64,000 nucleotides of DNA from Girardia tigrina (taxonomy: Eukaryota). The stretch spans positions 1-64,000 of the forward strand of contig MQRK01247048.1 of assembly GCA_001938485.1 (NCBI GenBank). Direction: 5' to 3'. This document shows, one piece after another, positions 23,752-37,095 of this stretch. Made by a program: the position numbers and the translations under genes. The notes beneath the pieces were generated by a model. That model searched no databases. It saw only the letters and a list, made by a program, of their open reading frames with translations, and had not been told where the DNA came from. Position 1 is the first letter of the stretch. The number at the start of each line of letters is the position of its first letter.

Positions 23752-26094
23752 AGATTTATTAGTAGCACAATAAACACCAGATTGTCATGATTATAATTAA
23801 TTGTCAAATCATTCGGTGACAATAAGTATTTTTCTGGCTAAGCCAAAATGAGTGAACCGAAATTATCACATGGAATTTTTAGTACAAATGCTGATTTCCC
23901 TGTTTAGTCTGTTACTAACATTAGTCGGATGAACTCGCAATGTAAGTGGTTTAGATTGCGGTAGTTTGATGGAAATTCGTCGGCGAAAGTGTCATGTGAG
24001 ACGCATTTCCAGTTCCGGTTAAACCAGGGTAGGGAATAATGAAATAATGAAATTTGCCGAGCAACACGGCTTGCCGCAGCAAGTTGCGACATCAGGCTTC
24101 AAATTGTTCATCCAGGAGACTTTTGCAAATAGAAAGGTCGAATTTGCGATTATAAAAAAAAATTCCACTATCCCCATTTCCCATCACCACCACAACTTCA
24201 AGAACAGACCTGTCACTTCTAGCAGTGTAAAGTATAATGCACAGTCGCTGCGACAACCATACATATACCCAAAGAGCTGAGTAGTGTACTGAATGAATGA
24301 GCTCTAAAAACTCAAATCAATGTGTCTAATACCCAAAAGCAGCAATTACTCGTGGCATCACCTACTGCAGATAACCTGTCCTAGTCCGCCCGACCCTCAG
24401 GTCGCCCCGAGAATCGGACGGAGGTAGCAGGGTGGCACAGGAAAATTCTGTTCATCAATTGCTGGGCCCATTTTTTGATTTTATTGCAATTTGGTATTCG
24501 ACNNNNNNNNNNNNNNNNNNNNNNNNNNNNNNNNNNNNNNNNNNNNNNNNNNNNNNNNNNNNNNNNNNNNNNNNNNNNNNNNNNNNNNNNNNNNNNNNNN
24601 NNNNNNNNNNNNNNNNNNNNNNNNNNNNNNNNNNNNNNNNNNNNNNNNNNNNNNNNNNNNNNNNNNNNNNNNNNNNNNNNNNNNNNNNNNNNNNNNNNNN
24701 NNNNNNNNNNNNNNNNNNNNNNNNNNNNNNNNNNNNNNNNNNNNNNNNNNNNNNNNNNNNNNNNNNNNNNNNNNNNNNNNNNNNNNNNNNNNNNNNNNNN
24801 NNNNNNNNNNNNNNNNNNNNNNNNNNNNNNNNNNNNNNNNNNNNNNNNNNNNNNNNNNNNNNNNNNNNNNNNNNNNNNNNNNNNNNNNNNNNNNNNNNNN
24901 NNNNNNNNNNNNNNNNNNNNNNNNNNNNNNNNNNNNNNNNNNNNNNNNNNNNNNNNNNNNNNNNNNNNNNNNNNNNNNNNNNNNNNNNNNNNNNNNNNNN
25001 NNNNNNNNNNNNNNNNNNNNNNNNNNNNNNNNNNNNNNNNNNNNNNNNNNNNNNNNNNNNNNNNNNNNNATTGATTCAAAAAAATTCAAAAACAGAAAAA
25101 CTTTATTTTGCCACGTTTTAACAAGCATCAAAAATTCATCACGTACTCAATTTACAAATTTAGTTGATTAAAACAATCCAGAATTTTTGTAAAATAAAAT
25201 CACCAAAACGAAAAGCGCTTTTTGCTCAAAATTAATGATAATTAATGATAATCGATAAAAGTCGATTTTTTTATCAAAAAATCCAATTGATAGAAATTTT
25301 TTAAAAAAATGTTTACAATAAATTTTCAGTTAATAAACAAACGGATAATTAATGTCACTTTCGATATTTTCATTTGATTTATTTTTTTTTGAATTTCTTA
25401 AATCGATATTCGTTTCGATAATCGATGGAATTNNNNNNNNNNNNNCTCGATCAATTTCGATCGATTTTGAAACAATATATATTTTATATATACATATAAT
25501 AATAAATGTTTTTAATTTAATTAAAAAAAATATATATAACAAATTTAAATGTTAGAATTCCGAACATGTCCTTCACATGGACTTGTTACTAATTATCCCG
25601 TTTTAAATACAGACAAGTAACCAGAAAACCTGACAAATGAATAGTGATCCGGTTAAATGCTTCACAGAAAAACAATGGGGAAATCGGCTTTTAGATTTTT
25701 TCAATTCGACTAAAATCAAGGAATTTAGACTTATCCAGAATACTTAGTCATTGAATAGGAACAAAGGAATTATATTATTTCGACATATATAATGTCACAT
25801 GTTCTGTTGTTCAAAATTATTAACTAATTCTTTGACTTCATTTTAAAGTTGTACGCTGAAAGCTATAGTTGAAGTTCCTTTTTAAATTGGATAGATTTGA
25901 CGATGAATGTCATTCCCATTTTCACGCGGGTCACGAAGAATATCGAGAATGTTGTGAAACATAAATTCCAGATATCAAAAGCGATAAAACTGACGAAATC
26001 CGCTTGTTGTGACTGAATTTGCAAAGGAAGTACGAATAATTCCAAACATCTGATTATTTAATTCATTATTATCAAATCGATAGAAATAATTAAT

Positions 26095-26132
<38 letters not shown>

Positions 26133-26871
26133 GAAATTGATGATTATGTAATCGGTTACGTAAAATTAATCGAAAACTCTTAACAAAACTGATGTTTATT
26201 TATCTATTTCTATCAAATAATTTTTATTATAACCTATTTTCCGAAGAAATTAAAACAATATAGTTCTTTCTTCTTAATTCAAGTCCCCTTAAGGTCCATC
26301 TTTTTAAATATCTCAGTTTAGTTTCTAAGTCACAGAAATAATGAGTTATTTCATAAAGTATTTTGTAGTATTTTGTTTAATCAATTTTTAAAAACCTTCA
26401 TAAAATTAAACGGTAACAAACATTATAATAAAAAAATTGTCAAGCTAATTAATTTTCTATGAATTAATTTTATCGATTTCACTGTCATCATCAGAATAAA
26501 TGACTTGTTAAAAGAAATTTTTTAGTGCAGTAATTCATGCGTACATTCATTAAAACTCATAATAACGTTTTATTCAGAACAGTTTTGATGTATATTTTAT
26601 GGTGCAAAAGATCTGTGATATAACACGCTTCCTCTTCCAACAAATCTTAAATCGAGTGCACAGAATTTTAAAGTTTTAAAATTTATGTCTCCCCTACTTA
26701 TGCCAAACGAAATTACTTCTACCATAATTTCGACTTTGTTTATGGATTCTGTTTAAAATTTAACTCTCAGTCTTTAATTTATATATATGTGACGTTAAAT
26801 ACATTAAATGTTTATTGGTAAACAGTGTGAAAGACTTGTTAAAGTCAAGTTTTCAATTTTTTGGGTGTGAT

Positions 26872-27244
26872 TGTTAGTAATATTTTCTTTTGCTTTTCTG
26901 TATGTTGCAGCCGGTGTAAAAGTTTTGGGATTGTGTCTTTCCTACCCAGATGAAAGATGGATATTTTAAGTATTTTTGATATTTGGATTTAACGAACAAT
27001 AATTATTAAATTGTAAATGTGAAATTATTAAATAAAAAATATTTCAACATTATATTAAAATGTTCAATATATTAAATATTTAATTACATAAATATATTTT
27101 TTGGATAATCACCTTTTGATAAGACATTCTTAATTTATCATTTTAGAACGATGCATATTTACGAGAGTTTTGTTAATGAATGTCCTGAGGCAAATTCAAC
27201 TTTTAATATTAATAAAACATCGGAAAACATTTATGCTCTTAATA
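26872..27244 (+). mobile_element. Solo LTR, family B, in the TRAF intron
   Basis: TGTTAGTAATATT...GCTCTTAATA with a perfect GTGAT TSD; core TTTCCTACCCAGATGAA. Confidence 0.8.
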
Positions 27245-30200
27245 GTGATATTTTTTTAATTTTTTGTATTATCTAACAACAATTTATTGTTGTATATTAT
27301 TGTAAATATTTTTTGTTGTGAATTATTTTAATTGTTAAATGTAATTATTATTTAAAAAAATAATCGAATTTGGACAGAAACAATATGAAGAAATGATATG
27401 TCGAATGTTAGAGAAAGAAGACAACTTGAAAACGTTAATTGATAAACTGACAGAAGACTCACAACAGAAACAAGTAAAACAAACAAATAAATATTAGTAT
27501 TACAACAACTTATTAAAGAAATTGATCGAGGAGCTACGTACAAAAGTTGAAATAAACGAGGCCAATGCAATTCTGTTTCGACAAAGATTCACAGATTCCT
27601 TAAAAGAAAAAGTAATAATTTATGTAAATTTTATCACCCTGTCCTTAAAATTAGGAACAAACAATCATTAACGCGAAGAACTCACTAAAAACACAAACCA
27701 AAGAACCAATTGATGAACACAAATCAAAGAAAAATTCCCGTTCTCTCGATCCACGCCTTTTCAACACATCTTCGGACGACCAAGGTTTCGTTCCTTTTGA
27801 GTTCAAAATAAACAATTTTATCGATAACATAAACCAAGCCAAAGCGTTTACTGATTCAGAATATTTTTATTCTCACATAAGAGGTTATCGATTGTGTCTA
27901 AGAGTTTACCCTAACGGTTGCGGAGAAGGAAAGAATACGCATTTATCGGTCTTCTTTAGCATTGTACCTGGGTCGTTTGATGATTTCCTACCATGGCCAA
28001 TGAAGCACCAAGTGCGTATCTCACTAATGGATCAGGTCAGTAATATTGACCACACTGTATATCACTATGATTATGAATCTACAAATCCGAATTATCGGCA
28101 CGTCTTCATGAAACCATCTCTCAGATGTAACTTTGATTACTTGGATACCAAGTTTCTTTATGGTACCCAAACATTCATTCAGATTAACTCTTTAATCAGT
28201 AACAATAAAGTTTATAGAAATGGATCAATTATTATTCATTGCCGTCTTTGTAAATGATCGCGTTCTTACATTAGAATGTCAAAATTACAAGACTAGGATC
28301 AAATGAGACTCAGATAATTTTGATGTTCTATCATGATTGATACACGAGTTCCCTTTGTATTTGATTTATTGTGTTCTTTACAAATCAGTTCGTATAATTA
28401 AACTGTTTACTTGTAATCCCCGTGTAATCCCCAGTTGACATGAGTTATTAACAGGCATGAAACACAGTTTGTTAAAAAACTCACAAGTTGATTTGAAAAA
28501 AAGGATTCATTACAATTATTTTATTTTTTTATAAATAAGGAATATTCATTTTGTTGAAGGCATGAATTTTATTGCTTTATGATCTATCTTTAAAGTAAAT
28601 CTCTGATAATATAAATAATGTTTGAAAATAGCCAACATGTATTTGTGACTTATGTATTATCCAAACTTATGTTTGCTTAATTAATATGAACCATAGGTAA
28701 TTACTATTTGTGGTAGAACAGCTCTCATTAATTCAAAACTAGTATTAATAACCGAGACAAAATTTGATACACTAAAACTAATTCTTTTATTTTTATGAAT
28801 GTTTCATTACATGTTTATGTTCTTATCAGTTGATCCGTGTTAATTTATCACACAATTTTAAGTTTTCCTGAAGATTTGAATCAATCGCGGCGCACCTGTT
28901 GCTCTACAATGATCTAGATAAACTTTTTCCTCTGTTACGACGCGACATTAAATATATAATCTGAAGGAAACCCTCCTTCGCGTCCAACGTCCCATAAGTT
29001 CGAAACCTTTAGTGAAAGTTGTGAGGATAGTCAAACTCGACTATCCTCGTTATTTTTAAATCGACTCCGAGCACACAGAACGAAGAACGCGAGGAGAGCT
29101 CCATGAGCTTCGACCCATCCCTTTTGATCGATTCCATCCAGTGAAAAACACTTCTAAAACTCTGAAAAATTTTAGAAATTAACAAAATCTTAATTAATTA
29201 ATTAAAATTTTACCACGGTGATTCAGGCTGAATTATAAGACTGTCAGTGAAATAAACAGCTGTTGGTGGTTCAGAGACCGGCATCATATAAACAGTAAGA
29301 TAGAGAACGAAGCGGCAGCATCTTGCGAATAGTAAAATAAGAAACAGTCCAATAAATAAAACCCTCCCCTGTGCCTTGTCTCCGATAAACAACTGATGGT
29401 AAGGTCGGTACGCAGTCACCGACGCATCATCTGGAATCATTAATCTGATGGCGGCAATCACGAAGCATCAACGATGGTCGGAGCGAAGAGCGATCTAGAC
29501 GAAAAATAATAAACAGATAACCAGAATAAATTGTCGTTTCCGTGAATCACTGATGTTGAGATTAGTGAATGCATAAACTGACAGACAGAATAATATAGTC
29601 GCAGTTTTACTCTTCTTCCTGTCAGATAAACAACTGTCGGTATTTTGTTGAAACAATCCGAAATAGTTGCATTCAGATTACAATTTCGACATAATCTGAC
29701 AGGACGTCGCAGCACTCTTTCTCTCATCCTGCCTCAAGGTAATCAGTACATGAGATGCCCGAGTGTACCGAGAAATATGTGCATCCGGTAGGGTATAAAT
29801 ACCCGAATCGGTTTTCACAAGTCGAACAAAATTTTACGAACAAAAACTTACAGACAAAATTTGACACACGAAATTTTATACGAGCCACAATTTTTATACA
29901 ACACAACTTTTGCATAAGTCCTAGATTCTAATCCGATATTCTATTAGTTATTAATTTTTAAGTTCGAATACGATATAGAATAATTGATATTTTGGTTGTT
30001 CATTGCTATTTTATTGGAGGACTACAACAAGTACGGGTTACGATTTATTAATTATTATTGTAGTTATTTGCGATACATTACTTTATTGAATTTATTTTAT
30101 GTATTAATAATATATCATTTTGATCATTAATTTTGTTATCTTATTTTATTTTTGTTTTATTTTATTTTCCCCCTTTTTTGCTTAACCAATATATAAAAGT

Positions 30201-32031
30201 TTTACTATCGTCATTCACTTATTATAACCTATTACGTTGCGAAGTGCTAAAGCGGGAAAGTCTCCCGGGAATGGAGAACTCCAGTATTGACATTAGTTGT
30301 ATAGGAATGGAGATGAGAGAAGGTAGAGCCGAGGCAGAGGAGGGAGACGAGGTGTGAAAGGGAAAAGAGTACGTGTTAATAATGTAAAAATTAGTCGTAT
30401 AAGTTGTAAATACGTCTTGAGTAGAATTTGAGAATAAAAATGAGTGAGAAAAATGAATGTTTGATTACTGGCTCGATGCGCGTGACGAGTTATAGAGTAT
30501 AGAGATGTATATAGTTGTGGTATGTGATTGAATAGTTCGTGAGTTCGGTAAATTTTAAATTATTTGAAATTCATTAATTTAGTATTATATATTCTTAAAA
30601 TTACTACTTCGTAATTTAGTATTTAAATTTCAATGATAATTTGAGTGACATATATTTTTCTAAGAATTGAATAATTGATTGCTCGCTTAATGATTGAATA
30701 CAAACACCTTTTGTTTTAATTGGTACTTCGTTAAATTAAATTGAATTTTTTTGAAATACTGGAGTCTGAAATCCTTTTAAAGTCGCGAAGAGTTCAACGT
30801 TAAATTAGTTGATATGTTGGTAATATTAAAAACAAAGTTATTTAGAAATAAAAATTTGTTAATTAATCTGATTCGAACTTTTGGGTTTTGAAATTAAAAC
30901 AGTTATTTTAATGGTTAATGTAAAAATGAATTCGAGGTCTCGTTAGTAAAATCAATTTAAAATTCTGAGTTCATGTTTCGAACTAATCTATTGTTGTAGA
31001 AATATGCTATCTGCGTTCATGATATTACATTATTGATATCACATTTCGAAGTTCTGTGATTAATTAATTTGTTAGTTCTGAAAACATTGACAATTGAAAA
31101 TATTGACAATTTTAGGAATCAAGTTTTCTTGTTTGACTCGGACGATTAAATTAAAAAAAATAGAATCATAAATGATGTAAAGACAAATTTAAATGAACTA
31201 TAAAGTAACATGAAAGTAGAGTAGCTGTCGAAAGACATAACAAATAACAAAAAGTTAAAGTCGAAATCCAGACAGTAGTATAAGATTGTTAACATGAACT
31301 CTTGGTTAAAATCAGCATTTGTGGTGTAATGTTATTAATATAAACTTTTGGTTAAGCTTCAGCATTCTAAAATTGGCAATACGCATATTTATGTTAGTAT
31401 TGTGAACTAAAATTTTAGTTGAATGATTCGAAACTATTATTTGAAGTAGAATGATTAATAGCGTCACCTTTTGGAGGTGACGCAAGCCGGCCGCAGAATG
31501 CAATGGGCATGCGGAGGGACCGTCGTTTGTCTCCTTGGGACTCTCTTTGTCTTATCTAAACTTTGTCTTATCTAAATAATTAACCAATTTAAGTTGAAGT
31601 ATAGACGTTAGTCAGAAGTAATATCAACCCCTCAAGAAGCTGAGCTACCAGTCGGGCCATACTCGGTACTGGTAGAGAACCCGAAGGCACTCCGAAGCAC
31701 ACACAACTTGTTAATGTACGCACAGGAGGTGCGTCTGTTCCTGTAATTTATGATGAGCTATTCAGAGAACTTTAGAATAGATATGAGTTGCCGTTTAACT
31801 TAAAAGCGGCTGGGGTTTCAGAGCTAACAAAAATGTTGAAGAGAGGAGGGAACACGACACTATACATATGGTGACAGAGTGGGTTGCGCATCGGTTGCAT
31901 TGTTGCGAAGCTCCTGGGTTGGGGGGCGGACTCTGAGTCGTAAAGAAAAAACTTAATTTTTTCTCACCTCAAAGTATCTTGATGAGCCAGACCTTCGTCA
32001 TGCTGACTCCCGTATCGATCAGAGTGAGAGT

Positions 32032-32465
32032 GCCAGCCTTCTCGAAATAGCCACCTCGACCTTCTACTCAAAAGTTTTCTTTGAAAGTGATTTGAATAGA
32101 AGCGATGTGGTTTCGATCCCAAATTGATCGAAAAAGTATGTTACCAAAGCGTAAAACAAACAGATTCTTCACCATTTTCTTATCGAGATAATGATCAATT
32201 CTATATACTTCAGATTCATGGAATAAAAAAGAAATATGCTTCGGTAGTTCATCGGAACTAAATCACGATCAAAGGGTTTCTCAATTATAATTCTTCCCAT
32301 CCTCTTTTTCTGCTCGCGCCCACACTCCTCGCAAATCATCTCAGTCACAAGCTGGAACTCCGACGGAGGCAGCGCCAAATAAAAGATCTTGTTACCGTCC
32401 CGGTGATCAGTCGCTTCATCTATCAGCGTATTTAGCGCCTTGAAGTCACTCAGATTGTCGTATCC
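32032..32465 (-). pseudogene. G6PD: Glucose-6-phosphate dehydrogenase fragment (intronless, frameshifted)
   Basis: [60 protein letters not shown] across two frames. Confidence 0.9.
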
Positions 32466-35400
32466 TGTTTGTCTTTTTTCCATACGCATACTAGCGGAAA
32501 ATTCTACGGCGAACTGCATTTTTCAATGATATCATTTTCCTCGTAATTCTTGAAAATATCATCTAGTTTTTCTCAAAGTGTTTTGGCTGTCGGTACGGTT
32601 TTACCAATATTGGTTCTCCTTGCGTTTCAATTTTATGCTTAGTTAGTGTGGTCTTCCCTATATCCCATTTGTCCGCCATAAATATTGTTTTATAATCTAT
32701 TAGTAATTTCATTAATGGTTCATCTATCTTATCTGCGTATATTTCCCTTATTCTTTTAAGTCTGTCTCCATCAGTTAAAGTATCGCGTATTAACAGCCCT
32801 CCTTCGTTGTATCCTGTTTCTTTCTTTAGTTTTATGCTGAATTTATTTTAAAAAAATCCATTCCTGCAATCATTTAGGGTTTTAAATCTTTTATTACAAA
32901 AAAGTCCACTGTTTTCTGTATTCTTTCAATCTTAATCTTTAGTTGTACTATTCCGTATTTTACTAGTTCCAAATCGTTAGCAGAGTGAATACGTCTTTTT
33001 GTCTCCTTTATTTTGATATTTTCCATTTTTTGAGTATGTCTATTTTAATTACATTGACTCGTGCTCCTGTATCAAATAGACATCGTACTTTTTTATTCTT
33101 TATTTGAAATTCTATACTAGATCTCCCTTTCAGTTCTCTGTATTCTATTTTAAACTTTGATATTTTCATTATCTTTGTGCTTCTTTATTCATCTTTATCT
33201 GTGATCAAACTGTCACATTTCTCATTGTGTATTTCGTTTTCATCATCTAATATACACAATTCATGAGGAATATTTTCGATAGCATCCCATATACAACATA
33301 CGTCATCATACAAACAATCATTCATATAGTCAAACATACACATACATTCGTTTCTTAGTGAAGTGTACTGATCACTTCTTCCTGTGACCGTGCCTCCTCG
33401 TTTTTCTGTTCGTCTCTGAATTTTGTTTGTTTGTAATATTTTCCTTTCTTGTTAGACTTCCTCTTTTATTCGATCTTTCCGACATTCTTTCCCACTCGTC
33501 ATCGGAGTCTTCTAATTCTGCTACTTGGTCTCTTCTATTCTTATATCCCATACGACCTCTGTACTGTGTGTTTGCGTATTCTTTTCGTTCATTTCTTCTA
33601 ATCCTTGTATCTTCTCTTCCAGATTGTTCGCGTTCTCTGAATCTGTTTGGATTCTCGTAACATTTTGTTCTTACATGCCCTTTCTTATTACAATGGTTGC
33701 ATTTAACATTTGGGTATTCCCGTCTCACATGTCCTTCTTCATGGCAGGCCCGACATATGATTCTTCTCGCATTAAAATTTCTTTTTGGTTCGTCGATCTT
33801 TCTATCTTCGTATCTTGGTCTCGGTCTTCTTGTTCTATATTCTACTTTCTTCCATTCTTTATTTTCCTTTGTCGTGTACGCGTCCACTCTTATATTCATG
33901 TCTTTCAGCTCAAATTCGTAAATTTTCTCCTGAATATTTTTTATATCTTCTGCTTTTGTGGCATTTTTCAGAGTCATTTCTCTTCTTAGTTCTCTATCTT
34001 CGATGACATTGGCGTACACTAGATCTGAAAGTTCCTTTTTTCCTAGTTTTTTCTCAACTAGTTTTGCCACTAGTTCATCAATCTTTTTAAATACTTCTGA
34101 TGGATTTTTATCCCATATTCTAATCTGTACAAGCTCTCTCATTATCTCTAAAATATTTTTCTCTTTTGAGAATGCACTTCTCATTCTTGTTTCCCAGCTA
34201 CCTCCTTGCGTTTTCTCATATTTGTTTATCGCTTCAGGGGTCATGAATGCTGTAACTAATATTGCTTTTCTTTCTTCCTTAAATCCCCAAATCTTCGAAT
34301 ATATCTCAAAGCTTATTAGGAATTCTTCTAATTTTGCTTATGACCTTTGAAGGTCGGGCTCAATTTCAAAATTTTTGAAACAAATAATTTTTATAAAGAA
34401 TTTCTAAAATAATTAAATATTTAAAATCAAAAGTTTTTAAAGCAATTTTAAGTAAAAATATATATATCTTAATTAATTTAAAAAAGTTATTTTCGAAAAT
34501 AATCAAATTTTAATTGTAGAGTAAAAACTTAAAATGAGATTAATTCGGAAATAATGAATTTTTAAATAATTGATTTAAAAGAAATATATAAAGACAAGGA
34601 TAATTATGTTGTACTAATTCTAAATTATTCTAAAAAATAAAATGAGAAACTTTGTTGCCATAGTTGTAAAGTAAAAAAACAGATAATTTTAAATTTTAAA
34701 TGTTTCACAAAAAAAGAAATAACATTAAACTAATTCTAAAATAATAAAAAATCATTATGATTAATTTAGTAAAAATATGACTATAAAATTATATTGGTTT
34801 TAATTTATAAATAGTGAAATGTAAATTTTCAGAATAAATAGAATAAAAATTTTTCAATTTTAAAATAAATTATCAGTTTATTTATGTTTATAATTTCATA
34901 TTTTTATATAAAAAATCTGGTCAAAAAAAACGAAAAAGTTCCTCGACAAACAATTTTTATTAAAAAAAACTGTTAACTAAAAATTGTTTGAATAATTGTT
35001 AATTGTGTTATTAAAAAATTATTGGTGTTAATGAATAATAATCTTGATCAAGACCCAACATGTCGACCATCGCCAGCAGCTCCGAACAACTAATTTCGAG
35101 GCTCATACCAGTCAAATTTAGGCGACAAGATAATGTGGAAACATTCATTTCGGCTTGCGCAAGATACTTCAAAGTGGCCAAAGTATCGGAAAGTATGCAA
35201 GAGATTTTGGTAATTGGTTTATTGTCACACGAACTCGTACCGATATACGAAAGTGTTGGTCCCGAAGTGAAGGGATATGAAGCCCGTCTACGACTAGCTT
35301 TTCAGAAGAAAAGCACGTTAATAGATGATTTGATAGAGGTGGTAAACTTCTAGATATCTGGAGAATCAGTGGAGGAATTATTCGTTAAAGCAAAAGTTGG

Positions 35401-36062
35401 CGGAAAAATTGATGAAACATGAGTGGACAGAGACGGAGGTAGAGATGCCTTCTGATTCACGCGTCAAAAGATATTGACATGAAGAAAGAAATCAGATTTA
35501 GAGAAGTGAAAGAATTAGCAGAGGTGAAGAACCTCATTAAGAAAGTAGACGAAGTCTGGAGAATGGAAAAGTCGGTGCACGCAATACGACCAACATATTG
35601 AGATAGGGTCAAAACAAGCATGACGACGGAAATGGCAACAAGAAACATGATGAGGAAAGGAGATACTTTCGAAAGACAATCTTCTATGCAGAACAACATA
35701 ACATGTTGGAACTGTAAGGCAGTAGGATATAAAAGCTTTGAATGTAAACGTCACAGGAAGATCGAATGCAATGCATGTGGAGAAGAAGGTCATGTGCGAC
35801 GAGAATGCAAAAAGGTAAGATTTGGAAGATGTTACAATCCCGGACGTAGAGCTGAGAAATGTTACGCGAATCTGAATAAACAATATCAAGGAAGAACGGA
35901 TTATCAAAGGAGAACCCAAAGAGATAGCCCACAATTTTCAGATTCACAAATGAAAAGCCCAGGAAATCGGAACTCAGGCGACTACAGAAGAGGATTCGAA
36001 AGAGGAAGGCAGATCGTGATGATGGAGAAGGAAGAATACCGAGAAGAGCGAGAACATAAAGA

Positions 36063-36105
36063 AAAAAACGAATCGTGCCAAGACGACGAGGAACCGATCT
36101 TGGCA
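36063..36105 (+). promoter_or_regulatory. Putative -1 ribosomal frameshift signal (gag-pol)
   Basis: In-frame slippery A AAA AAC at 36063-36069, then stem TGCCAAGA...TCTTGGCA; after removing the solo LTR the downstream frame is open into the protease. Confidence 0.7.
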
Positions 36106-36107
36106 TT

Positions 36108-36550
36108 TATTAAGAACACCAATTTGATTTTTTATATTTTTATTTAAACAACAATTTTGATTGTCCTCAAGACAATCTTTGTCAAAACTTTCGTACATTT
36201 GCATTCAAAGCGAAATTGATTAATGGTTTTTTAATTCTCATTACTTTTTTAGAAAATGGGGAAATAAATATTTAAATAAAATAATTTCTCAAAATTTATT
36301 GGATAATAATTAAAATGATAATTAATTATTTAAAAAAATATTAATTTGATTTATTTATTAAATATTATAAAAAATAATTAACTTATTTAAAATTTTAAAA
36401 TTATAAGAAATTAAAAATAAATTTAAACATTACATATTTTTAGATAATAAGAATTAAAATATTAATCATCCATCTGGGTAGGAGAGACACATTTCCAAAT
36501 CAACATACTCATTCAAACACAAAACATCACACATTCAAATATTCATCACA
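36108..36550 (-). mobile_element. Solo LTR, family B
   Basis: TATTAAGAAC...ATTCATCACA with a perfect GCATT TSD; core CCATCTGGGTAGGAGA. Confidence 0.9.
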
Positions 36551-37095
36551 GCATTGAAGTAAGTTTTCTTAAAGACAGACCAGATCATATAAATTATATA
36601 TATAGTAGTAATAATTTTAATAATATAAATAAAATAAATAATAAAGTAAATATAAATAACATAAAATATGAAATTAATGAAAATAAGTCAGAATTCATGA
36701 GTGAGCCGAACTTCTATCAGGAACCAGAAACAAGTCGCAAAGTGGCGAAGTTCATAAAAAAGGACACGTATGATGAAAGGGAATTGTTGATAATAACTAA
36801 TTATGAAAATGTACCAATTGTATACATCAGACTAGAAGATCGACCAAGTATCAGAGTCATGATTGAGGACACAGAAATTGAATGTCTATTAGATACGGGA
36901 GCAGCCTTAAACGTAATGACAGAAGAAATACTTAAGAAATTAAAGAGCACACAAATGGAACAAACAAATCAGAAATTGACAGCAAGAATTGGATGAAAAA
37001 TTATGACCTTCAAAGGCCATAAGCAAAATTAGAAGAATTCCTAATAAGCTTTAAGACATATTCAAAGATTTTGGGATTTAAGGAAGAAAGAAAAG

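Larger units (their letters stand above)
14502..28257 (+). pseudogene. TRAF-family gene (RING, Zn finger, coiled coil, MATH) with a ~12.3 kb first intron; probably degenerate
   Basis: Exon 1 14502-15035 (RING, TRAF Zn finger CPYSSIGC, GTGAG donor); coiled-coil pieces 27357-27473 and 27498-27611; 43-bp intron; MATH exon 27655-28257 (FYSH..GYRLCLRVYPNG.GEGKNTHLSVFF..LPWP). The expected acceptor at 27355-27356 is AA, and 27474-27497 is a 24-nt intron or an in-frame stop. Linkage of the two halves is inferred. Confidence 0.7.

Noticed and set aside
25560-26100. Possible Penelope RT C-terminal remnant
   Set aside because: Only faint resemblance (HRKTM, VIPIFTRVTKNIE); too degenerate to call.
27147-27244. 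Apparent extra TRAF exon after TTTTAG
   Set aside because: Stop codon in phase 0, and the sequence lies inside a solo LTR bounded by GTGAT TSDs.
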